Assembly (NCBI GenBank): GCA_965655095.1
Contig: OZ296654.1
Coordinates: forward strand, 39,928,001 to 39,992,000
Direction: 5' to 3'
DNA length: 64,000 nucleotides
DNA from: Haplodiscus bocki
Lineage: Eukaryota
Shown here: piece after piece, positions 49,401-63,889 of the stretch
How positions within the stretch are numbered: position 1 is the stretch's first letter
Layout of the letters: each line of letters opens with the position of its first letter
Notes under the pieces: generated by a model
What the model was told of the DNA's origin: nothing
Database searches by the model: none
Seen by the model: the letters and a program-made list of their open reading frames with translations, nothing else
Made by a program: the position numbers and the translations under genes

Positions 49401-49937
49401 AAGTGTCTGCTTGAACGTTTACCAGCTCGATCCCGCTCACTTTTACTCTGCTCCAAATTTGAGTTGGGAGTCTATGCTCATCTCGACAAGAGTGAAATTG
49501 GGACTTTTGGAAGATGTTGATATGCTTTTGTTTTTTGAGCGTGGCATCCGGGGTGGCATCAGTGGAGTTGGCGAGTTGCGGCATTTTACTGCGAACAATC
49601 TCCATCTCAACACATTCGATCCCAGTCAGAAAATAACATTCGGCGCATTTTATGATGTAACATCTCTCTATGCCGGCACAATGCAAAAAATGATGCCTCG
49701 GGGGAAACTACAGATGGAACTCAGAAATAACTGTCAAACAAATTTTGGAAAGTTCTAGTATAGGGTATTTTGTCGAAGTGGACCTCAAATATCCTCAACA
49801 TCTCCACGACCTTCACAATGGACTTCCACTTGCTCCTGAGAAGCGAAGCATAAGATCCTCATACCTTTCCCCATTTGCACAGTCTTTTGGCATTAAACCC
49901 AACAAAACTCCCAAGCTGATTGAAACCCTTTTAGATA
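46490..49937 (+). mobile_element. Polinton/Maverick left end with degraded protein-primed DNA polymerase B (copy 1)
   Basis: AGTAGT start, C2H2 fingers, GSGW..GGSYI, FVVYADLE (ExoI), HNLSRYDAH-like (ExoII), RFLDS, YLKADVLLLAD (ExoIII), ERGIRGG, YDVTSLY (motif A). Truncated after KLIETLLD. Confidence 0.85.
48446..48553 (+). other. Putative 108-nt GT-AG intron in pPolB (also 53043-53150, 58360-58467, 61745-61852)
   Basis: GTTAGT donor, pyrimidine tract and TTTTAG acceptor. Removing it joins AVLIDSR to TSGIAKQSCYR(G)ED in frame and deletes a stop. Confidence 0.65.
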
Positions 49938-50230
49938 TATAAGAAAAAGAAGTATACGCGAAAGAAGTATACAATAAAATTATTATTTTTTACATTGTAA
50001 ACGATCGTTTTTTTCCTGGCTGAAATCAAAGACTACTTGGGCGCAGTTGAGAAGAAATATGGTACATTATTCGCTTCTCGTATTCCGGATACTGAAGAAA
50101 ATGAAGGTTAAATAAATACCTAAGTGCGTTTCAAGATTCGAAAGGAATGTTGGGATGAGCTGGTATGAAAAACAGACATCAAGTAATTTGAATATTCACA
50201 GTTTATATTGTATTCCATTGTGTCTCCCAA

Positions 50231-50591
50231 GTAAACCACTGCAGCATTTTGAATTTTTCGACGGGCGAAATCCTCAATTACATGGACAAAGATGCAGAAA
50301 ACATCGGATGGCTCACTTTCTGTCTTCCTCTCGTCATCTCAATGCCTCTCAACATCTTTCTCGTTCTTTCTTCTTTATTGTCATATCGGACTCTCTTTTC
50401 TAGCTGGAATGATTATCTGTATTTTGTGCATACCAATCAACCAGATTTTAGTTGCGAGAATTTTCGATCTGAGCCAGAAGTATTCGAAATGCAGAGACGA
50501 GAGAGTGAATATGGTCACTGAAATTCTCAAAGGAATCCGAACTGTCAAACTTGGGGCATTGGAACGGTTCTTCATCAGCAAGGTTCAGTGA
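50231..50591 (+). pseudogene. ABCC10-like exon 2, copy 2 (acceptor CAG>CAA, frameshift)
   Basis: Acceptor reads ctcccaagtaaac; 2-bp deletion. Confidence 0.8.
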
Positions 50592-51073
50592 TGTACATTT
50601 TGTTTTTGTCGGCGTCTGATAAAATAACACCCTAATTTTAGCTTAAACGAACTGAAGGTCCAGTTTTAGCGATTTAAAACCTAAATGAATGCAAAATAGA
50701 CTTGAAATTCTTCTGTCAAGGTAGACTAAACGGCAGAACGAAGGGGTTCCAAATCTGCAGGTTGCGGGTTCGAAGCCCAGCATTGACTAAAAATATTTTT
50801 TACACATTCTGACTAAAAGGAAGAATGTATATTGGAAACCGGCTTATGCTTAGTTTTTTATCTTGTCCAAAACTTTCATTTTTTGACGTTATCAGAGTAT
50901 AATCATCCAGTGGAAACGATGAAAAATGGATTCTATTTGGCAAGTACTTGTTCATTTTGGCGTTGCTCACTCTGAAAACGTCTTAAACATGGGCAGCAAA
51001 ATAGCCTAGCCTAAAAAGACATGATTGGCACATCAAATCAAATTTTTGAGTATGAGACCCTGTTACTGACACT

Positions 51074-54000
51074 AGTAGTAAGGAGGGGGGGGGGGGGTTA
51101 AATGCAATTTTTGACTCCCAAGCCGAAAATTTTTTAAGTCAAACAGTTCAAAGTACAAAATCAACTTCAACTGAATTATTGACTATTTTGACAGTTAGCA
51201 ATCCAACTGTCAAAATTCTTCTACCATTTAAACTTTCTAAGTTGGTTTCAGTGTAGGGTACCAAAACTGAACAAAAACAACAAAAAGTGATTATTAGCTG
51301 TCATTTTGACAGTTTAATTCTGATAACTCGTTTTCTTAACTATTGCGCCGAAAACGAAGAATCTTATAAATTTAATTTCTCAAACTTTTCAACGGCCAAC
51401 GACCAAGAAATCTACTGTTAGGCATATTAACGTTATTGTACTGTTGAAAACTCAACGTTATTGGAAAAACGTGAACCAGCAGGGTAAAAAGTCGTGGTCC
51501 AGTGAAACTAAAAAACATAAGGAATTTTTTTTTGTGCGTTTCTCGTTTTTTTTTGCAAAATTGTTACTTTTCCAAGTGAGACCACGACTTTTTGAAGTTT
51601 TTTCTCCGAGACCTCCCTAAAATATTTCCATGTGATCAATGTGACAAATTTTTGAGCTCAAAACGTGATCTGAATGATCACAAGCGAAAGAAACACAACT
51701 GTCAAGAGAATGTTTCTGCGAAAATTTTCAAGTGTGGTCATTGCGAGGTTTCCTTCGCGAAATCTTGCAATTTATTGCGCCATCTCAGGAGCCAACGCTA
51801 GTCGGGCAGTAGTTATCGTTATTTTTTGTCCCACGTACTTTGGATAGTTGAAATCATTGACTGATCATCAGGAGCAGTATCACAACAATATATCTTCTTC
51901 CACTGCGAAAGTTGATTTCTCCGATTTGCTAGATTTCACAACAGAAGCAGTGAATTCAAAATTTAGAATTCATCGACTAAAATTGGATGACAGTAGTGTT
52001 TTGGAGCCGTTCAACTACCTTATTCTCGTGCGGGAAAAATTATTTCTTTTGTGAATGCGTTATTGAGAGAAACGTCGAAGTTGAAACTTGGGATGAGCAT
52101 CGCTGTCAGGCTGGAAAAGCCTATGGAAGGTGAGCCGTTGAGGCTTTCTTCAATTCGCCAATGTGTAGAATTGCGTGTGAGCTCACTGAAGACGAATATA
52201 TGCAACACATTGACGCATTGATGACACAATTGAATGTGTTCGCCACTGGTGGTTCAGGTTGGGTCGTGGAAACGATGAAACAGCTGGAGATAAAAACTGC
52301 TGCTTGTCGCAATGTCACTGGGGGCTCTTATATAGAAACATCACCAATCCTCAAACCCTTGAAACGTTCTATTTTGAATGTAGTCAATAAGAGAGATGTT
52401 TTTTGTTTCCTTTATTGTATTGCAGCGGCAATTTTTTCCTTTGTTGGGCGACCTCGTAGTCCGAAGATTCACAAACAAAATATTGAACGATTATCTTTCA
52501 ACCCGAAGTTATTGCCAATGCCGCTGTCCGCCATTCCTATGTTTGAAAAGCGGAATCGCTGCTCAATCAATGTTTATCAATTGGAGAACTCCAGGCTTGT
52601 GTCAGTGTATCATAGTAAGAACCGAAAAGGAATTTTAAAATTGACCTTCTGCGCTTACTGGAGAACAAAAACAGTCACGATTGTTTGATAAAAAATATCT
52701 CAAATTTGATTCATTTTCTCTGTCGCTCGAAATCGAAGCAAAATAAAGGGCCAAAATCACGATTTTGCCGAAACTGCTTTCAACCAATAGTTGAACCAAA
52801 TTTCAAAAAACATGCACTTTTTTGCGAGAGCAACGCCCCACTCGAGATTCGAATGACTTTCGAGTCGCCATCTGTCGAGTTTGCTAGTTGGGAAAAAACG
52901 CAGATATATCCTTTTGTTGTATATGCTGATCTCGAAGCAATCAATGTTGCGTCGACACAGATTCCGAGAGTGAAAAGGCGGACAAGAGAAATTGAACGAC
53001 AGTATGAAGGTAGTTTCGGAGCAGTCCTCATTGATTCTAGAAGTTAGTTGTTTTATCAAAATACTAGTTTAATACATCTTTCGTTTAAACGTTTCTGCCA
53101 ACTACAGGAGAAAGCACTTTCTTCATGTTCTTTTCCTGTTATCGTTTTAGCCAGTGGAATTGCTAAGCAGAGTTGTTACAGAGGAGAAGACTGTATCGCA
53201 AAGTTCTTGGACACGTTGCGTGATTGGGTCTTATGGAGCTATAACGAAAAGTAGGCTTTCAGACTCTTGAGAATATCCCAGCAACAGCGAATGCGAATGC
53301 TAAACGTTTCTGCTCTTTTGTGTTGTATATGTGGTGAAGACGTTGAAAGAGCAGCAAGAGTCATCCACAATTGTCATCTTTCTGGAACACTTTTTGGGGT
53401 GGCTCATTCAAAATGCATTTTGAGAGCCAAATTTTTTACCTGCCTGTTTCCATAATCTGTCAAGATACGATGCACATCATATTCTGAAACAGCTAAAGCT
53501 CAAAGTATGCGAAGAACTCTCCGCAATTGCCAAAATCGACGAAACTTTCATTTCCTTCATTGTCAATATGCCTGTGGGTTCATACACGAAGATATCTGGG
53601 AAAACTGTAAAGCTCTTTCCATCCATGCGCTTCCTTGATAGTTACCAGTTTGTATCCCAAAGTTTGGACAATCTTGCGAGGACACTCAAAACCGGCGACT
53701 TCTTATTACTCAAGGAATTTTTTTGGAACATTCCGGACCATTTGTTCTGTAAACTAACACAAAAAGGTTTTTTTTCCTGACAGTTTCCTCGACAGTTTCG
53801 CAAAATTGGAAGAGCCTTTACCAGATTTCGGTGACTCTTGGAAAAACAGCCTCACTGGTAAAGTTGATATTACCTTACAAGATTATCAACATGCACTTGA
53901 ATTCTACAAAAAATTCGGTTGCGAAAACTTGGGAGACTACCACGACGTCTATCTAAAAGCTGATGTGCTTCTTTTGGCTGATATTTTTGAGAAGTTTCGA

Positions 54001-55426
54001 AGTGTCTGCTTGAACGTTTACCAGCTCGATCCCGCTCACTTTTACTCTGCTCCAAATTTGAGTTGGGAGTCTATGCTCATCTCGACAAGAGTGAAATTGG
54101 GACTTTTGGAAGATGTTGATATGCTTTTGTTTTTTGAGCGTGGCATCCGGGGTGGCATCAATGGAGTTGGCGAGTTGCGGCATTTTACTGCGAACAATCT
54201 CCATCTCAACACATTCGATCCCAGTCAGAAAATAACATTCGGCTCATTTTATGATGTAACATCTCTCTATGCCGGCACAATGCAAAAAATGATGCCTCGG
54301 GGGAAACTACAGATGGAGCTCAGAAATAACTGTCAAACAAATTTTGGAAAGTTCTAATATAGGGTATTTTGTCGAAGTGGACCTCAAATATCCTCAACAT
54401 CTCCACGACCTTCACAATGGACTTCCACTTGCTCCTGAGAAGCGAAGCATAAGATCCTCATGGCTTTCACCATTTGGACAGTCTTTTGGCATTAAACCCA
54501 ACAAAACTCCCAAGCTGATTGAAACCCTTTTAGATAAAAAGAATTATATTTGTCATTATGAAAATCTCAAGTTTCATATCAAACACGGGTTGATAGTCGG
54601 AAAATTGCATCGTGTTTGCGAATTTCAGCAAAGCAGATGGTTGGGCGTCTACATTGAAAAAAATACTGTTATGCGGAAGCAGTCTACGAACGATTTTGAG
54701 AAAAACTTTTATAAGTTGATGAGTAATGCTTGTTTTGGAAAAACGATGGAAAATTTGAGAAAGCGATCCAAAGTAAAGTTTGTGTCAAATCCTCAACAAG
54801 CCGAAACCTTCGCTCAGAGAGCAACGTTCAAATCTTTCCAAATTATAAGACAAGATTTGGTCTGCGTGTCGTTCAAAAATTCGTCTGTGGTATGGACTAA
54901 ACCAACCCCCGTGGGTGCTTCTATTCTCGACTTGTCAAAATTATCACTGTACAAATTCTATTATGAGGAAATGGTACCTCGTTACTCGTCCAGTCAATTG
55001 AAAGTAGCCTATAAAGTCGCTGATCCGCTCCTCTATTTGATTGAAACGCCCGATCTGTACAATGATATGGCTTCCTTCAAACATCTGCTGGACCTTTCGG
55101 ATGACCCGCAAGAACACTTTTTGCATGATCCAACAAATAAGAAAGTACCATTAACGATGACAGACGAATTGCAAGGTAAAGTTCTGCGTGAAGTCGTTTG
55201 TCTCCGATCAAAACTCTACAGTATTGAATATGTAGGTGGGAAGAAGCAGAACGCTAAAGGCTTTCAAAAGTCTGTCAAAAAAACGTTGAATCACGACTTT
55301 TTTAGGAACTGCCTTTTCTCAAAGAAGGAAGTAATCAAAACGATGACACAATTGCGCTCACACTGTCATCGAATAGTGGTCAACGAAATTGATAAAGTGG
55401 CAATCAGCTCATTCGACGATAAACGG
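51074..55426 (+). mobile_element. Polinton/Maverick left end, longest pPolB copy (copy 2)
   Basis: As copy 1, plus ORF 54344-55450 with KLMSNACFGKTMEN (motif B), degenerate YKVADP (motif C position), LRSKLYS, KG and DDKR. Confidence 0.9.
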
Positions 55427-55564
55427 CTGAAAAAAATGAAGGTTAAATAAATACCTAAGTGCGTTTTAAGATTCGAAAGGAAAGTTGGATGAGCTGGTAT
55501 GAAAAACAGACATCAAATAATTTGAATATTCACAGTTTATATTGTATTCCATTGTGTCTCCCAA

Positions 55565-55925
55565 GTAAACCACTGCAGCATTTTGAATTTTTCGACGGGC
55601 GAAATCCTCAATTACATGGACAAAGATGCAGAAAACATCGGATGGCTCACTTTCTGTCTTCCTCTCGTCATCTCAATGCCTCTCAACATCTTTCTCGTTC
55701 TTTCTTCTTTATTGTCATATCGGACTCTCTTTTCTAGCTGGAATGATTATCTGTATTTTGTGCATACCAATCAACCAGATTTTAGTTGCGAGAATTTTTG
55801 ATCTGAGCGAGAAGTATTCGAAATGCAGAGACGAGAGAGTGAATATGGTCACTGAAATTCTCAAAGGAATCCGAACTGTCAAACTTGGGGCATTGGAACG
55901 GATCTTCATCAGCAATGTTCAGTGA
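55565..55925 (+). pseudogene. ABCC10-like exon 2, copy 3 (acceptor CAG>CAA, frameshift)
   Basis: Same lesions as copy 2. Confidence 0.8.
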
Positions 55926-56408
55926 TGTACATTTTGTTTTTTGTCGGCGTCTGATAAAATAAAACCCTAATTTTAGCTTAAACGAACTGAAGGTCCAGTT
56001 TTAGCGATTTAAAACCTAAATGAATGCAAAATAGACTTGAAATTCTTCTGTCAAGGTAGACTAAACGGCAGAACGAAGGGGTTCCAACTCTGCAGGTTGC
56101 GGGTTCGAAGCCCAGCATTGACTAAAAATTTTTTCTACACATTCTGACTGAAAGGAAGAATGTATATTGGAAACCGGCTAATGCTTAGTTTTTTATCTTG
56201 TCCAAAACTTTCATTTTTTGACGTTATCAGAGTATAATCATCCAGTGGAAACGATGAAAAATGGATTCTATTTGGCAAGTACTTGTTCATTTTGGCGTTG
56301 CTCACTCTGAAAACGTCCTAAACATGGGCAGCAAAATAGCCTAGCCTAAAAAGATTTGATTGGCACATCAAATCAAATTTTTGAGTATGAGACCCTGTTA
56401 CTGACACT

Positions 56409-59400
56409 AGTAGTAAGGAAGGGGGGGTTAAATGCAATTTTTGTTTCCCAAGCCGAAAATTTTCTAAGTCAAACAGTTCAAAGTACAAAATCAACTTCAA
56501 GTGAATTGTTGACTATTTTGACAGTTAGCAATCCAACTGTCAAAATTCTTCCATTGAAACTTTCTAAGTTGGCTTCAGTGTAGGGTACCAAAACTGAACA
56601 AAAACAACAAAAAATGATTATTAGCTGTCATCTTGACAGTTTCATTCTGATAACCCGTTTTCTTAACTATCGCACCGCAAACGAAGAATCTTATAAATTT
56701 AATTTCTCAAACGTTTCAACGGCCAAGAAATCTACTGTTAGGCATATTAACGTTATTGTACTGTTGAAAACTCAACGTTATTGGAAAAACGTGAACCAGC
56801 AGGGTAAAAAGTCGTGGTCCAGTGAAACTAAAAAACATGAGGAATTTTTTTGTGCGTTTCTCTTTTTATGCAAAATTGTTACTTTTCCAAGTGGGACCAC
56901 GACTTTTTCAACTTCTTTCTCCGAGACCTCCCTAAAATATTTCCATGTGATCAATGTGACAAATTATTGAGCTCAAAACGTGCTCTGAATGATCACAATC
57001 GAAAGAAACACAACTGTCAAGAGAATGTTTCTGCGAAAATTTTCAAGTGTGGTCATTGCGAGGTTTCCTTCGCGAAATCTTGCAATTTATTGCGCCATCT
57101 CAGGAGCCAACGCGAGTCAGGCAGTAGTTATCGTTATTTTTTGTCCCACGTACTTTGGATAGTTGAAATCATTGACTGATCATCAGGAGCAGTATCACAA
57201 CGATATATCTTCTTCCACTGCGAAAGTTGATTTCTCCGATTTGCTAGATTTCACAACAGAATCAGTGAATTCAAAATTTAGAATTCATCGACTAAAATTG
57301 GTTGACAGTAGTGTTTTGGAGCCGTTCAACTACCTTATTCTCGTGCGGGAAAAAATTATTTCTTTTGGGAATGCGTTATTGAGAGAAACGTCGAAGTTGA
57401 AACTTGGGATGAGCATCGCTGTCAGGCTGGAAAAGCCTATGGAAGGTGAGCCGTTGAGGCTTTCTTCAATTCGCCAATGTGTAGAATTGCGTGTGAGCTC
57501 ACTAAAGACGAATATATGCAAGACATTGACGCATTGATGACACAATTGAATGTGTTCGCCACTGGTGGTTCAGGTTGGGTCGTGGAAACGATGAAACAGC
57601 TGGAGATAAAAACTGCTGCTTGTCGCAATGTCACTGGGGGCTCTTATATAGAAACATCACCAATCCTCAAACCCTTGAAACGTTCTATTTTGAATGTAGT
57701 CAATAAGAGAGATGTTTTTTGTTTCCTTTATTGTATTGCAGCGGCAATTTTTTCCTTTGTTGGGCGACCTCGTAGTCCGAAGATTCACAAACAAAATATT
57801 GAACGATTATCTTTCAACCCGAAGTTATTGCCAATGCCGCTGTCCGCCATTCCTATGTTTGAAAAGCGGAATCGCTGCTCAATCAGTGTTTATCAATTGG
57901 AGAACTCCAGGCTTGTGTCAGTGTATCATAGTAAGAACCGAAAAGGACGGCACAAAATTGACCTTCTGCGCTTACTGGAGAACAAAGACAGTCACTATTG
58001 TTTGATAAAAAACATCTCAAATTTGATTCATTTTCTCTGTCGCTCGAAATCGAAGCAAAACAAAGGGCCAAAATCACGATTTTGCCGAAACTGCTTTCAA
58101 CCAATAGTTAAACCAAATTTCAAAAAACATGCACTTTTTTGCGAGAGCAACGCCCCACTCGAGATTCGAATGCCTTTCGAGTCGCCATCTGTCGAGTTTG
58201 CTAGTTGGGAAAAAACGCAGATATATCCTTTTGTTGGATATGCTGATCTCGAAGCAATCAATGTTGCGCCGACACAGATTCCGAGAGTGAAAAGCCGGAC
58301 AAGAGAAATTGAACGACAGTATGAAGCTAGTTTCGGAGCGGTCCTCATTGATTCTAGAAGTTAGTTGTTTTATCAAAATACTAGTTTAATACATCTTTCG
58401 TTTAAACGTTTCTGCCAACTACAGGAGAAAGCACTTTCTTCATGTTCTTTTCCTGTTATCGTTTTAGCCAGTGGAATTGCTAAGCAGAGTTGTTACAGAG
58501 GAGAAGACTGTATCGCAAAGTTCTTGGACACGTTGCGTGATTGGGTCTTATGGAGCTATAACGAAAAGTAGGCTTTCAGACTCTTGAGAATATCCCAGCA
58601 ACAGCGAATGCGAATGCTAAACGTTTCTGCTCTTTTGTGTTGTATATGTGGTGAAGACGTTGAAAGAGCAGCAAGAGTCATCCACAATTGTCATCTTTCT
58701 GGAACACTTTTTGGGGTGGCTCATTCAAAATGCATTTTGAGAGCCAAATTTTTTACCTGCCTTTTTCCATAATCTGTCAAGATACGATGCACATCATATT
58801 CTGAAACAGCTAAAGCTCAAAGTATGCGAAGAACTCTCCGCAATTGCCAAAATCGACGAAACTTTCATTTCCTTCATTGTCAATATGCCTGTGGGTTCAT
58901 ACACGAAGAAATCTGGGAAAACTGTAAAGCTCTTTCCATCCATGCGCTTCCTTGATAGTTACCAGTTTGTATCCCAAAGTTTGGACAATCTTGCGAGGAC
59001 ACTCAAAACCGGCGACTTCTTATTACTCAAGGAATTTTTTTGGAACATTCCGGACCATTTGTTCTGTAAACTAACACAAAAAGGTTTTTTTTCCTGACAG
59101 TTTCCTCGACAGTTTCGCAAAATTGGAAGAGCCTTTACCAGATTTCGGTGACTCTTGGAAAAACAGCCTCACTGGTAAAGTTGATATTACCTTACAAGAT
59201 TATCAACATGCACTTGCATTCTACAAAAAATTCGGTTGCGAAAACTTGGGAGACTACCACGAGGTCTATCTAAAAGCTGATGTGCTTCTTTTGGCTGATT
59301 TTTTTGAGAAGTTTCGAAGTGTCTGCTTGAACGTTTACCAGCTCGATCCCGCTCAGTTTTTCTCTGCTCCAAATTTGAGTTGGGAGTCTATGCTAATCTC

Positions 59401-59860
59401 GACAAGAGTGAAATTGGGACTTTGGAAGATGTTGTTATGCTTTTGTTTTTTGAGCGTGGCATCCGGGGTGGCATCATTGGAGTTGGCGAGTTGCGGCATT
59501 TTACTGCGAACAATCCCCATCTCAACACATTCGATCCAAGTCAGAAAACAACATTCGGCGCATTTTGTGATGTAACATCTCTCTATGCCGGCACAATGCA
59601 AAAAATGATGCCTCGGGGAAACTACAGATGGAGCTCAGAAATAACTGTCAAACAAATTTTGGAAACTCCAGAAAGTTCTAATATAGGGTATTTTGTCGAC
59701 GTGGACCTCAAATATCCTCAACATCTCCACGACCTTCACAATGGACTTCCACTTGCTCCTGAGAAGCGAAGTATAAGTTCCTCATGGCTTTCACCATTTG
59801 GACAGTCTTTTGGCATTAATCCTAACAAAACTCCCAAGCTGATTGAAACCCTTTTAGATA
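56409..59860 (+). mobile_element. Polinton/Maverick left end, pPolB copy 3
   Basis: Includes the 295-aa open stretch 57477-58364 (HYCLIKN, FCRNCF). Same 3' breakpoint as copy 1. Confidence 0.85.
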
Positions 59861-60151
59861 TATAAGAAAAGAAGTATACGCAAAAGAAGTATACAATAAA
59901 ATTATTATTTTTTACATTGTAAACAGTTTTTTTCGTGGCTGAAATCAAAGACTACTTGGGTGCAGTTGAGAAGAAATATGGTACATTAATCGCTTTTCGT
60001 ATTCCGGATACTGAAGAAAAAAATGAAGGTTAAATAAATACCTAAGTGCGTTTTAAGATTCGAAAGGAAAGTTGGATGAGCTGGTATGAAAAACAGCCAT
60101 CAAGTAATTTGAATATTCACAGTTTATATTGTATTCCATTGTGTCTCCCAA

Positions 60152-60514
60152 GTAAACCACTGCAGCATTTTGAATTTTTCGACGGGCGAAATCCTCAATT
60201 ACATGGACAAAGATGCAGAAAACATCGGATGGCTCACTTTCTGTCTTCCTCTCGTCATCTCAATGCCTCTCAACATCTTTCTCGTTCTCTTTCTTCTTTA
60301 TTGGCATATCGGACTCTCTTTTCTAGCTGGAATGATTATCTGTATTTTGTGCATACCAATCAACCGGATTTTAGTTGCGAGAATTTTCGATCTGAGCCAG
60401 AAGTATTCGAAATGCAGAGACGAGAGAGTGAATATGGTCACTGAAATTCTCAAAGGAATCCGAACTGTCAAACTTGGGGCATTGGAACGGTTCTTCATCA
60501 GCAAGGTTCAGTGA
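60152..60514 (+). pseudogene. ABCC10-like exon 2, copy 4 (frame intact, acceptor CAG>CAA)
   Basis: Acceptor reads ctcccaagtaaac; ORF 60170-60514 is open. Confidence 0.7.
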
Positions 60515-60996
60515 TGTACATTTTGTTTTTGTCGGCGTCTGATAAAATAACACCCTAATTTTAGCTTAAACGAACTGAAGGTCCAGTTTTAGCGATTTAA
60601 AACCTAAATGACTGCAAAATAGACTTGAAATTCTTCTGTCAAGGTAGACTAAACGGCAGAACGAAGGGGTTTCAAATCTGCAGGTTGCGGGTTCGAAGCC
60701 CAGCATTGACTAAAAATATTTCTTACACATTCTGACTGAAAGGAAGAATGTATATTGGAAACCGGCTAATGCTTAAATTTTTATCTTGTCCAAAACTTTC
60801 ATTTTTTGACGTTATCAGAGTATAATCATTCATTAGAAACGATGAAAAATGGATTCTATTTGGGAAGTACTTGTTCACTTTGGCGTTGCTCACTCTGAAA
60901 ACGTCTTAAACATGGGCAGCAAAATAGCCTAGCCTAAAAAGACGTGATTGGCACATCAAATCAAATTTTTGAGTATGAGACCCTGTTACTGACACT

Positions 60997-63242
60997 AGTA
61001 GTAAGGAAGGGGGGAGGTTAAATGCATTTTTTGACTCCCAAGCCGAAAATTTTCTAAGTCAAAGAGTTCAATGTACAAAATCAACTTCAACTGAATTGTT
61101 GACTATTTTGACAGTTAGCAATCCAACTGTCAAAATTCTTCTACCATTAAAACTTCCTAAGTTGGTTTCAGTGTAGGGTACCAAAACTGAACAAAAACAA
61201 CAAAAAATGATTGTTAGCTGTCATTTTGACAGTTTCATTCTGATAACCCGTTTTCTTAACTATTGCGCCGAAAACGAAGAATCTTATAAATTTAATTTCC
61301 CAAACGTTTCAACGGCCAACTTTCAAGAAATCTACTGTTAGGCATATAAACGTTATTGTACTGTTGAAAACTCAACGTTATTGGAAAAACGTGAACCAGC
61401 AGGGTAAAAAGTCGTGGTCCAGTGAAACTATAAAACATAAGGAATTTTTTGTGCGTTTCTCGTTTTTTTGCAAAACTGCTTTCAACCAATAGTTAAACCA
61501 AATTTCAAAAAACATGCACTTTTTTGCAAGAGCAACGCCCCACTCGAGATTCGAATGCCTTTCGAGTCGCCATCTGTCGAGTTTGCTAGTTGAGAAAAAA
61601 CGCAGATATATCCTTTTGTTGTATATGCTGATCTCGAAGCAATCAATGTTGCGTCGCCACATATTCCGAGAGTGAAAAGCCGGACAAGAGAAATTGAACG
61701 ACAGTATGAAGCTAGTTTCGGAGCAGTCCTCATTGATTCTAGAAGTTAGTTGTTTTATCAAAATACTAGTTTAATACATCTTTCGTTTAAACGTTTCTGC
61801 CAACTACAGGAGAAAGCACTTTCTTCATTTTCATTTCCTGTTATTGTTTTAGCCAGTGGAATTGCTAAGCAGAGTTGTTACAGAGAAGACTGTATCGCAA
61901 AGTTCTTGGACACGTTGAGTGATTGGGTCTTATGGTGCTATAACGCAAAGCAGGCTTTTAGACTCTTGAGGATATCCCAGCAACAGCGAGTGCGAATGCT
62001 AAACGTTTCTGCTGTTTTGTGTTGTATATGTGGTAAAGACGTTGAAAGAGCAGCAAGAGTCATCCACAATTGTCATCTTTCTGGAACACTTTTTGGGGTG
62101 GCTGATTCAAAATGCATTTTGAGAGCCAACTTTTTTACCTGTCTTTTTCCATAGTCTGTCAAGATACGATGCACATCATATTCTGAAACAGCTAAAGCTC
62201 AAATTATCCGAAGAACTTTCCGCAATTGCCAAAATCGACGAAACTTTCATTTCCTTCTGTGTCAAAATGCCTGAGGGTTCATACAGGAAGAAATCTGGAA
62301 AAACTGTAAAGCTCTTTCAATCCCTGCGCTTCCTTGATAGTCACCAGTTTGTATCCCAAAGTTCGGGCAATCTTTCGAAGATACTCAAAACCGGCGACTT
62401 CTTATTACTCAAGGAATTTTTTTTGGAACATTCCGGACCATTTGTTCTGTAAACTAACACAAAAAGGTTTTTTTTCCTGACAGTTTCCTCGACAGTTTCG
62501 CAAAATTGGAAGAGCTTTTACCAGATTTCGGTGACTCTTGGAAAAACAGCCTCACTGGTAAAGTTGATATTACCTTACAAGATTATCAACATGCACTTGC
62601 ATTCTACAAAAAATTCGGTTGGAAAACTTGGCATACTACCACGACGTCTATCTAAAAGCTGATGTGCTTCTTTTGGCTGATATTTTTGAGAAGTTTCGAA
62701 GTGTCTGCTTGAACGTTTACCAGCTCGATCCCGCTCACTTTTTCTCTGCTCCAAATTTGAGTTGGGAGTCTATGCTAATCTCGACAAGAGTGAAATTGGG
62801 ACTTTGGAAGATGTTGTTATGCTTTTGTTTTTTGAGCGTGGCATCCGGGGTGGCATCATTGGAGTTGGCGAGTTGCGGCATTTTACTGCGAACAATCCCC
62901 ATCTCAACACATTCGATCCAAGTCAGAAAACAACATTCGGCGCATTTTGTGATGTAACATCTCTCTATGCCGGCACAATGCAAAAAATGATGCCTCGGGG
63001 AAACTACAGATGGAGCTCAGAAATAACTGTCAAACAAATTTTGGAAACTCCAGAAAGTTCTAATATAGGGTATTTTGTCGACGTGGACCTCAAATATCCT
63101 CAACATCTCCACGACCTTCACAATGGACTTCCACTTGCTCCTGAGAAGCGAAGTATAAGTTCCTCATGGCTTTCACCATTTGGACAGTCTTTTGGCATTA
63201 ATCCTAACAAAACTCCCAAGCTGATTGAAACCCTTTTAGATA
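60997..63242 (+). mobile_element. Polinton/Maverick left end, pPolB copy 4 with ~1.2-kb internal deletion
   Basis: Junction at ~61473 joins the equivalents of 46962 and 48174. Same 3' breakpoint as copies 1 and 3. Confidence 0.85.
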
Positions 63243-63530
63243 TATAAGAAAAGAAGTATACGCAAAAGAAGTATACAACAAAATTATTCTTTTTTACATT
63301 GTAAACAGTTTTATTCGTGGCTGAAATCAAAGACTACTTGGGCGCAGTTGAGAAGACATATGGTACATTAATCGCTTTTCGTATTCCTGATACTGAAGAA
63401 AATGAAGGTTAAATAAATACCTAAGTGCGTTTTAAGATTCGAAAGGAAAGTTGGATGAGCTGGTATGAAAAACAGACATCAAGTAATTTGAATATTCACA
63501 ATTTATATTATATTCCATTGTGTCTTCCAG

Positions 63531-63889
63531 GTAAACCACTGCAGCATTTTGAAGTTTTCGACGGGCGAAATCCTCAATTACATGGACAAAGATGCAGAAA
63601 ACATCGGATGGCTCACTTTCTGTCTTCCTCTCGTCATCTCAATGCCTCTCAACATCTTTCTCGTTCTCTTTCTTCTTTATTGGCATGTCGGACTCTCTTT
63701 TCTAGGTGGAATGGTTATCTGTATTTTGTGCATACCAATCAACCAGATTTTAGTTGCGAGAATTTTCGATCTGAACCAGAAGTATTCGAAATGCAGAGAC
63801 GAGAGAGTGAATATGGTCACTGAAATTCTCAAAGGAATCCGAACTGTCAAACTTGGGGCATTGGAACGGTTCTTCATCAGCAAGGTTCA
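63531..63889 (+). CDS. ABCC10: ABCC10-like exon 2, copy 5 (acceptor and frame intact)
   Basis: cttccAG|GTAAAC acceptor; open frame with conservative substitutions relative to copy 1. Confidence 0.6.
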
